From positions 660,001 through 692,000 of the forward strand of contig NZ_OZ239769.1 in assembly GCF_965196625.1 (NCBI RefSeq): a DNA stretch of 32,000 bases, in the 5' to 3' direction. The stretch comes from Candidatus Saccharimonadota bacterium (lineage in GTDB: Bacteria; Bacteroidota; Bacteroidia; Cytophagales; Amoebophilaceae). A model generated the notes under the pieces. That model was not told where the DNA came from. It saw only the letters and a program-made list of their open reading frames with translations, and did no database searches. The number at the start of each line of letters is the position of its first letter. Position 1 is the stretch's first letter. This document shows, piece after piece, positions 16,839 to 23,850 of this stretch. The position numbers and the translations under genes were made by a program.

Positions 16839-17156
16839 TTGCTTATACTATTTGTTATAGGGCTTACTGGTATATTTGTTTTTTTAGTCCATCCAGCGTT
16901 ACCAGAAACAGAGGTTTGGGCATATATCATGGCTCATGTTCCTCCTGCTTTTAAAGGATGTATTGCTATTGGCTTATTGGCAATGACCATGTCCACAGCT
17001 GATTCTAGCTTACATGCTTGTAGTGTGATTGTTAGCCATGATATCATGGAAATTATACAGGGCACAAAAGATGCACCTTCTTTTGCCCATCAAATCCGCT
17101 TGGCTAAGAGTAGTACCATTGTATACCCTGCCTGCTCTATATTAATGAATTATTAA
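16839..17156 (+). pseudogene. Internal fragment of a sodium:solute symporter gene (third paralogue relic)
   Basis: ...PPAFKGCIAIGLLAMTMSTADSSLHACSVIVSHDI... aligns with aa ~270-375 of the 1159-aa protein (PGMRGILVTAIIALLMSTADSSLHTSAVLFTNDI). It has only a TTG start, and both the N- and C-terminal parts of the transporter are missing. Confidence 0.7.
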
Positions 17157-17426
17157 GATGGGATGGCCCATAAGGCGGTGTGTGGGAATAGATCATTGCT
17201 TATGCGCTTGAAAAGTTAAAATAAAGTTTATAAAAAATTTCATAATTTTGAGCCATTGGGCCATTTAGTCGATTCAATAGGATGCTTGCACTTTTGATGG
17301 TAGGCAGATTATAAAAAAATTATACCTATTGCTTAATATAAATATTATAACTATATATTCGTTGATGCACACTAAGTTGTGTATCTAAGGCTGCTCTCTT
17401 TTTTTTTGATTTTATTTTTTATCCTT

Positions 17427-18152
17427 ATGCCGATACAGCCAAGAAAAATTGGGTTTATAGTTTTTGTATTGCTCTTTTTTGTATGCCTATTTTTTTTTAG
17501 ATCTATTTCTAGTCGCCTTGCTTTAGGTGTAGATTTTATAGAAAAAGCCCATTTTAATGAAGATGGATCTGGTCAATTTAGCATTGAAGTGGATTTAACC
17601 AAGACCAGTAGTTTTATTTCCGTTATTAAATATCTAAATAAGGATTATAAATACAAAGGTATAACTCAATCTATTGGTTATAAGGCTTTTAATGATGCCA
17701 AAGAACGTTTTAAAAAAATAGCTGATATTAGTGACGTCTTCGTGCGCTATAATGAAGAAATGCTTAGCTTTGAGCTGGCCTTTAGATTTCGTACCATTCA
17801 AGCACTTAATAAAGCCATACGGAAAATCAATAAAGGCTTAGCCCCCCCTAAGATTACTTATTTTAGCCTGGATGATGGCCTATTTGTCCGCCAGGATATA
17901 AATGGTATTGCGCAAAAGGTACTTTTTTATCAAAAGTATGATAATTCTTTAATTAAAAGTTTAAATCTAGCCTCCTTTTTTAAGGAAACTACCTATACGA
18001 CGATTTATACTTTCCATAAAGAAGTTGAAGACTATAGCAATCCACTAAGCGAATTAACGAAGGATAAGAAGACCATACGCATTACCCACTATGTTTTTGC
18101 GCCTGATCAGATAGAAGAGTCTATAGGGAATCGTGTTCATTTTATGAAATAA
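17427..18152 (+). CDS. Hypothetical N-terminally membrane-anchored protein
   Basis: The ATG at 17427 gives MPIQPRKIGFIVFVLLFFVCLFFFRS (a single TM segment) followed by a soluble domain of about 215 aa. No recognisable motif. The GTG at 17379 is an alternative start. Confidence 0.5.
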   Translation: MPIQPRKIGFIVFVLLFFVCLFFFRSISSRLALGVDFIEKAHFNEDGSGQFSIEVDLTKTSSFISVIKYLNKDYKYKGITQSIGYKAFNDAKERFKKIADISDVFVRYNEEMLSFELAFRFRTIQALNKAIRKINKGLAPPKITYFSLDDGLFVRQDINGIAQKVLFYQKYDNSLIKSLNLASFFKETTYTTIYTFHKEVEDYSNPLSELTKDKKTIRITHYVFAPDQIEESIGNRVHFMK

Positions 18153-18163
18153 AAATAAGTTGT

Positions 18164-19238
18164 ATGAAAACCCAATATTTTGATCTAAAAGAAAGAATTA
18201 ATGCCTTAAAGGACTGTCTTTGACTATGCTGGTAAAAACAAACAACTGCAGCTATTAGAAGAAGCAGTTGCAACCCCTTCATTTTGGTCTAATCCAGTTG
18301 AGGCCCAACAAACCATCCAAAAAATTAAAGTTTTAAAAGAATCAGTTGATCCGTTTAATACGCTGCAAGCGCAATGGGAAGAACTACTTGTATTAGAAGC
18401 TTTATTTGAAGAAGATCCTGTTGCACAAGAAGAATTATCTGTTGTAGCCTCTTCTTTGTCTGCATTGTTAGAGGAAGTTGAATTAAAAAAAATGCTAGAT
18501 GGCCAAGAGGATCATTTAGATGCAATGATAGATATAAAACCTGGTGCAGGTGGCACAGAAAGCCAAGATTGGGCCTATATGTTGGTACGTATGTATACCA
18601 TGTGGGCGACCAAAAGAGGTTATATGGTTAAAACGATTAACTACCAGCCAGGGGATGGTGCAGGTATAAAGGCTGTTACGCTGGAAGTGATCGGTGCCTA
18701 TGCTTATGGATATATTAGAGCAGAAGTAGGTATCCATCGGTTGGTACGTCTTTCTCCCTTTGATGCAGCAGGTAAACGACATACTTCATTTGCTTCTATA
18801 TATGCCGCACCTGTTATCGATGATTCCATAAAAATTGAAATAAACCCTTCAGATTTAAGTTGGGATACCTTTCGGTCTGGTGGAGCAGGAGGGCAAAATG
18901 TTAATAAAGTAGAAACCGCTGTTCGTGTAAAGCATATTCCTTCTGGCATTACAGTAGAGTGCCAACAAGAACGCTCTCAACTGCAAAACAGAGATAAAGC
19001 TTTGCAATTGCTTAAATCTAAGCTTTACCAACAAGCATTAGAAGAGAAACAGGCTAAACAGCAACAGATAGAAGCAAGCAAAAAAAAGATCGAATTTGGT
19101 GCACAGATTAGGAGTTATATATTGCATCCCTATAAAATTATTAAAGACAATCGAACGGGATATGAACGAAAAGATGTAGAAAATGTTTTAGATGGAGACT
19201 TGGATGGGTTTATAAAAGCCTATTTGTTACAGCGTTAA
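18164..19238 (+). CDS. prfB: Peptide chain release factor 2, with programmed +1 frameshift at 18218..18224
   Basis: ATG 18164 gives [19 protein letters not shown], then an in-frame TGA at 18221 within the canonical CTT TGA C site. The +1 frame continues [14 protein letters not shown]... into ORF 18456..19238. That ORF carries the RF2 SPF motif (LVRLSPFD) and GGQ ([11 protein letters not shown]). Confidence 0.93.
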
Positions 19239-19277
19239 ATATTAAGTGGATGTTATGGCCAGGAGGGAAACTACTAA

Positions 19278-19436
19278 GAAAAGAATTTGGAATTAACTTA
19301 TAATATAACCGAAATCTGCTTTTGTTTGAGTAAATGTGATCCAGAGGTTCTAAAAAAGGAAAATAATGCAGGAGAAACTGCTTTGGGTATAGTGGTAAAA
19401 AAGCATGAGGCTTCTCCTAGTTGTATGCCTCATTGA
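19278..19436 (+). pseudogene. Ankyrin-repeat gene 3' relic
   Basis: The frame is open only from 19278 and reads ...LSKCDPEVLKKENNAGETALGIVVKKHEASPSCMPH*. No start codon and no upstream repeats remain. Confidence 0.5.
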
Positions 19437-19446
19437 TTGTCAAATA

Positions 19447-19690
19447 AAACATCATTTTAATGGGCGGTTGTTCCCATTACGTCAACTTAAGATATGGTAG
19501 CCGTCGATAAGAAATTTGGCACTTTCAGTAAAACAGTTCGTTGCATTATTTTACTGTATGCAAATTTTTTATCGGCGGCTACCAGAGCCCGGCATGCGAA
19601 TGGGGCTTATAAAGACAATTGTAATTACAATTGTCCTAAGCCCCCGCCATATGCGTGAATAGATACGAATAGATTTTCCTTAAGATGATA
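19447..19690 (+). repeat. Mosaic copy of repeat family A modules, with an internal 24-bp inverted repeat
   Basis: AAAACATCATTTTAATGGGCGGTTGTT (19447..) matches 28543... CGTGAATAGATAC (19654..19666) matches 28672..28684. TGGTAGCCGTCGATAAGAAATTTG (19495..19518) is the reverse complement, at 22/24 positions, of CAAATTTTTTATCGGCGGCTACCA (19561..19584), which contains the family A core TTTTTATCGGCGG. Confidence 0.65.
19602..19644. promoter_or_regulatory. Composite palindrome / hairpin upstream of the Lrp/AsnC gene (possible operator)
   Basis: A perfect 22-bp palindrome GACAATTGTAATTACAATTGTC (19614..19635) is flanked by GGGGCTTA (19602..19609) and TAAGCCCC (19637..19644). It ends 54 nt before the ATG at 19698. 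No T-tract follows. Confidence 0.4.
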
Positions 19691-19697
19691 CCATTTT

Positions 19698-20177
19698 ATG
19701 AACAGATACATAAGTACTATGGAACTAGATGCAATAGATAAACATATTTTAAATACCCTTCAAGTTGATTCAAAAATCACAAACGCTGCGCTTGCGCAGA
19801 AAATCAACCTATCTCCTGCCGCTACGTTTGAACGGGTCAAAAAGTTAGAACAACAGGAAGTTATTACAAATTACGCTGCACAGGTTGACCATTCAAAGTT
19901 AGGCTTTTTGGTACACCTCATCGCGGGCATTCGTCTGCAAAAAATCACAGCCGAACATATCAAATTGTTTAAACTTACTATTGATAAAATAGCATCCATT
20001 ACCACTTGCTATCAAGTAATAGGCGACTTTGATTTTATTTTAATGGTGCAGGCTAAAGATTTAGCTAGTTACCAAGCCACAGTAGTAGAAAAAATTCATA
20101 TGCTTCCCTTTATGGATCATGTAAAAACTTTATCCGTTGCCAGGTTGGTTAAAAATAAACCACTATCTATAGAATAA
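19698..20177 (+). CDS. Lrp/AsnC-family transcriptional regulator
   Basis: HTH region LDAIDKHILNTLQVDSKITNAALAQKINLSPAATFERVKKLEQQEVI, followed by an RAM/ACT-like C-terminal domain. Its 3' end overlaps the convergent 20167..23646 gene by 11 nt. Confidence 0.88.
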   Translation: MNRYISTMELDAIDKHILNTLQVDSKITNAALAQKINLSPAATFERVKKLEQQEVITNYAAQVDHSKLGFLVHLIAGIRLQKITAEHIKLFKLTIDKIASITTCYQVIGDFDFILMVQAKDLASYQATVVEKIHMLPFMDHVKTLSVARLVKNKPLSIE

Positions 20178-23100
20178 ATTTTGTGCTGTCATCGGGAGAG
20201 GTATCTTTTTTATTTAAAATTTCCTCGCAAATATCGCTCATTTCCAACACCCAATTCGAAATTTTGTTTTTTTTGCCCCATGGAATATAAAACGCAATCG
20301 TTTCTTTTGCGATTCTTTTTTGGTCTACTAGTTTGCGAAAATGTAAGGTTCTGATGTTGTGGAGCCTATCGGCTAGTTTAACCTGTACTACACGAATATC
20401 TTTACATTGGCCCAGCAGGTTTTTGTTTTCTTTATCATCTAATTTCCATCGGTAACCATTTGTATTGTAATGCGTGACCATGTCTACAATATAGGCCACT
20501 TCATGGCCATACATCAGTTCTACTTGGGTCAGTGGTATCGGTGTATCTTCTACTACGTCATGCAATAAGGCAGCTAGAATGGTTGTAGGGTCTTTCGTAA
20601 CCTCCAACAGTATTTTGGCCACTTCCATAGGGTGGGTATAATAGGGTGCACCAGATTTACGTGTTACAAGCCCATGTGCATTTTTAATAAAATGAATCGT
20701 CTTTTCTACCGTTGCCTTGGTCAGGGCTGTTTCAGCAATAAGCAGTTCTGTTAACTCTTGCTCTTGCGCTACGCTTTCTGCTGTTTCGCTTATTTTATGG
20801 TTTAAAACTGTAGGATCATAGGTTTTAAAGCGCATGACCTTTTGGCCAGCTATAGGCAATACATAGCAGTAGGTTAGTACTGATTGGGTATCTAGTATGG
20901 TGGCATAGCCCCCATGTGCTTGTACAATTTGTCTGCTTTCTGCTTGATAAAGGTGGTTTTCTGATTTCGGTAGATGCGTATACGCTGCCTCATCTGTGAT
21001 ATCATATACCAGTTGTATATTTTGCATGGCTGCATCGGTACTCATACAAAAGGCCAGCGCAGGTAAGGTAAGTGCAGTTTGACCAGATTGTACAGCACTT
21101 TCATAGTCGTACCGCAACACCGTGTTGGCAATGGTTAAGGTAACCATATGATCGGTAGCCTGCTCACTTTTGCTGATCCCAAATAGGTTTACCGTTAAAA
21201 GACGTTCAAAAAGCGTTCGATCTGCCATCAGATGCGTTACTTTTGTTTGATTCCGTACCAGCAATGCAATAGGCTTCTCTAATGCAAGAATCATGCTATG
21301 TGCTTGTAAGATAGCTGAATCGATTTCTATTTGTTGCACTGCTTTTTTGCTCAGCGTTAAAGTTTGTTCTTCTTTTACCCTTTTTAGTAATATCTTGCTA
21401 AACTTGTGCAACTGTTTCATAAATAAGTTGATCGTTTCCCCGAGTTTGGGTTGACCATTTGTGTAGAGGTAATGACAGGGCTTTTGCAGTGTTTCGCGCA
21501 TCTCTTGTAACATTTTATTGCTATAGATGGGATTAAGCCTAGACCAGTTTACTTGGTTATAGATTGCTTCTAGGGCTGCTTTGCGTTCAAAATGTCTAGC
21601 CAATGCTATGATTTTAAGTTTGGTTTCTATTTTGTCACGTAGATATTTATAGGTTCCAGAACCTACTAGAGCAGCTGCTACAAGAGCTGTTGCCAAGATG
21701 AGCTCTACAGAAATTTGGTTGCAATTGGTCAAAAATGTACTCCAAAAGTCCATGCTAGGTGGTATAAATTTATGTAGGAACATGGCTATGCCCAACATGC
21801 TAAGGCCTACTTTTAAAGAAAAAAGCACGATGCCTAAGGCTAGGCTAGCGATAAAAAAAGCAAAAACCATAGGCTTAAAATGGCCTAGTTTTGCAAATTG
21901 TATACCCGAAACAAAAAGCAATGCAAATAATAAAACAGGCCATGCCCAGTGGAATATGAGGCTGCCTTTGGGTTTATAACTGTGTAAAGATGGATAAATC
22001 ATTAAAATGGTTCCAAAAGCTATGACCAAAATATACCAATACGTATAGCGCGAAAAGTAATCTTTCTGCATAAAGTAGAGGGCTGTAAAGGTATGGAGTA
22101 TTATATAAATACCCAATAGTATAAAAGTTCTTTCCTTTTTTGGAAAAAAGTTTTTCCAGTATGCTTTTGTAAAGGGTTGTTTACAACCTTGTAATCTTCT
22201 GCACCACCAGCGCTTGGTTTCTTGATTTTGCAAATCTAATGGGCTAAGATCTTTGATGCCTACCCAACCTGTGTTAGCGCTTTTAGGAAGAAGATAATGG
22301 GTCGTAATCAGAATAAAAAGGTTGCAGTAAAAAGCTTCAGCTATACTTTGTTTTAATATAAATGGTATGAACATATTGATTCCCATGTTTAATAAGACAG
22401 CAGTCGAATGGGGTCTAAAGCCAAAACTAGCCATGATAAGCGGAATGGTAAAGGTAAGATAATACCGACCTGCGATTTCGGATAGTTTTGAGAAATCAAT
22501 CTGATAGGATATCATCAGAATACTGACTATGCCTATGCAAGCAGAAGCAATGCGGGCCGTTCTAAGTGGGTATTTGTTTACCTTTTTAGCTGAGCGACCC
22601 GTTATAGGCAATGCAATATCATTTGTAAATAAAACAGCAGAAGTATGCAAACTGGAATCAGCGGTAGACATCAGTAAAGCAATAATAGCCGTTACTAAAA
22701 TGCCACGCATACCAGGAAAGTAAACAAGCTGTATTAAATAATCTATCACATGCTGACTGGTTGGGATCTCATAATTACCTAAGTGTGCAGCTACTGCAAT
22801 AGTGAAAAAAAGTATAACCAAGATGGCTTCTATAATAATGCCTTTATAGAAAGCTTTTACGGCTTTTTGTGTAGAAGATGCCATATAAAAACGTTGGAGG
22901 CATCGAGGGTCAAATATAGATAGAGAAGCCCAAAAAGGGGCAATCGATATACAGGTTAAAATGTTATTGAGTGTGCATACATTACTAATATTAAAATGAG
23001 GGGCAGTAGTCAGTTTTGCCCAATTGGCTAGTGGATTTTTTACATAGTAAAGGCACATAAAAATTAGGATGGGAAAGCAAATGCCAAAAAGAAAAAACTC

Positions 23101-23646
23101 ATAAACGTCTGTTAGCGCTACAGACCTAGCCCCTCCAAATGTTGCATAACCAATCACTAATAGTGCTAAAATAATAGCTAGGTAGGGTGAAAACTGTTCT
23201 ATTTCAGGATAGAGCGCCTTGGTAATGCTTAGGCCGAATTTCAACTGAGCAACTATTACAAATGTACTGAATAGAATGCCGAATATTCCTGTAATCACTC
23301 GGATCGTTGAACCATATAAACTGCCCATAGACTCAACTATAGAAAGATGTCCTATGAACGCTTTCATTCTCAATACTATAAATCTTGAAGTTACATATAA
23401 GCCTGCTATGTGTACTATATTAGAGATAAGGTAGTACAAACCGCTTTGATAACAGATGTCCATACCATATGTTAAACTTCTACCTCCATAGCTGGTGGCT
23501 ATTAGGGAAATAGCAATCACAAAACTGCGCATTTTTTTATTCCCAACTGCATAATCTTGGAAGGTTGTAATGCCTGTGCCACAATAAAAACCAATGGAAA
23601 GTGTTATGGCTAAGAATATTATTATAATGATTAAATCAATATTCAT
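20167..23646 (-). CDS. Multidomain membrane protein (1159 aa): SSS/SLC5 symporter domain + ~6-TM module + degenerate HisKA/HATPase-like core + RelA/SpoT-type HD hydrolase domain
   Basis: SSS motifs (FGGARSVALTDVYEFF, LLMSTADSSLH) lie in aa 1-455. A second hydrophobic block spans aa ~505-665. The HK-like layout spans aa ~675-935 (ERKAALEAIYNQVNWSRLNPIY; DRTLFERLLTVNLFGISK; LYQAESRQIVQAHGGYATILDTQSVLTYCYVLPI). The HD domain spans aa ~975-1125. It is a single uninterrupted ORF. Confidence 0.85.
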   Translation of the reverse strand: MNIDLIIIIIFLAITLSIGFYCGTGITTFQDYAVGNKKMRSFVIAISLIATSYGGRSLTYGMDICYQSGLYYLISNIVHIAGLYVTSRFIVLRMKAFIGHLSIVESMGSLYGSTIRVITGIFGILFSTFVIVAQLKFGLSITKALYPEIEQFSPYLAIILALLVIGYATFGGARSVALTDVYEFFLFGICFPILIFMCLYYVKNPLANWAKLTTAPHFNISNVCTLNNILTCISIAPFWASLSIFDPRCLQRFYMASSTQKAVKAFYKGIIIEAILVILFFTIAVAAHLGNYEIPTSQHVIDYLIQLVYFPGMRGILVTAIIALLMSTADSSLHTSAVLFTNDIALPITGRSAKKVNKYPLRTARIASACIGIVSILMISYQIDFSKLSEIAGRYYLTFTIPLIMASFGFRPHSTAVLLNMGINMFIPFILKQSIAEAFYCNLFILITTHYLLPKSANTGWVGIKDLSPLDLQNQETKRWWCRRLQGCKQPFTKAYWKNFFPKKERTFILLGIYIILHTFTALYFMQKDYFSRYTYWYILVIAFGTILMIYPSLHSYKPKGSLIFHWAWPVLLFALLFVSGIQFAKLGHFKPMVFAFFIASLALGIVLFSLKVGLSMLGIAMFLHKFIPPSMDFWSTFLTNCNQISVELILATALVAAALVGSGTYKYLRDKIETKLKIIALARHFERKAALEAIYNQVNWSRLNPIYSNKMLQEMRETLQKPCHYLYTNGQPKLGETINLFMKQLHKFSKILLKRVKEEQTLTLSKKAVQQIEIDSAILQAHSMILALEKPIALLVRNQTKVTHLMADRTLFERLLTVNLFGISKSEQATDHMVTLTIANTVLRYDYESAVQSGQTALTLPALAFCMSTDAAMQNIQLVYDITDEAAYTHLPKSENHLYQAESRQIVQAHGGYATILDTQSVLTYCYVLPIAGQKVMRFKTYDPTVLNHKISETAESVAQEQELTELLIAETALTKATVEKTIHFIKNAHGLVTRKSGAPYYTHPMEVAKILLEVTKDPTTILAALLHDVVEDTPIPLTQVELMYGHEVAYIVDMVTHYNTNGYRWKLDDKENKNLLGQCKDIRVVQVKLADRLHNIRTLHFRKLVDQKRIAKETIAFYIPWGKKNKISNWVLEMSDICEEILNKKDTSPDDSTKFIL
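20272..20724 (-). other. HD (p)ppGpp-hydrolase-type domain of the 1159-aa protein
   Basis: RKSGAPYYTHPMEVAKILLEV...TILAALLHDVVEDTPIPLTQVELMYGHEVAYIVDMVTH...IRVVQVKLADRLHNIRTL. The HD dyad codons are at 20557..20562. No synthetase domain follows. Confidence 0.8.
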
Positions 23647-23663
23647 ATTTTTTTTAATTTTTT

Positions 23664-23779
23664 TGTGCTAGACTGACTTCTGTGGTAGTAGCCTATTCGT
23701 GGAGTGCAATATATGTGTTTGAGGCGCATAGACAAGCTTCGGTAATACAATTGCCATGGGCGAGTTTTACAAGAGGTCT
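23664..23779 (+). repeat. Repeat family B, copy 2 (with a short family A-like piece at its left end)
   Basis: TATGTGTTTGAGGCGCATAGACAAGCTTCGGTA (23712..23744) and CAAGAGGTCT (23770..23779) match 16675..16707 and 16736..16745. TGTGCTAGACTGACTT (23664..) resembles TGTGCTAGACTAGACTT at 28636... No left-hand TIR partner was found. Confidence 0.6.
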
Positions 23780-23850
23780 TTTATGAAATGAAATAAATAA
23801 GTTTTAATTATGCAAGCATAATGGTTCTGCGGGCATAATTTATTTACTTA

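Noticed and set aside
20842-21624. Calling the two giant proteins functional SSS-type sensor histidine kinases (CbrA-like)
   Set aside because: The DHp-like helix has no histidine conserved between the paralogues. The G1 and G2 ATP-lid glycine motifs are absent in both. No response regulator gene is adjacent. I therefore described this region as kinase-like but probably non-catalytic.
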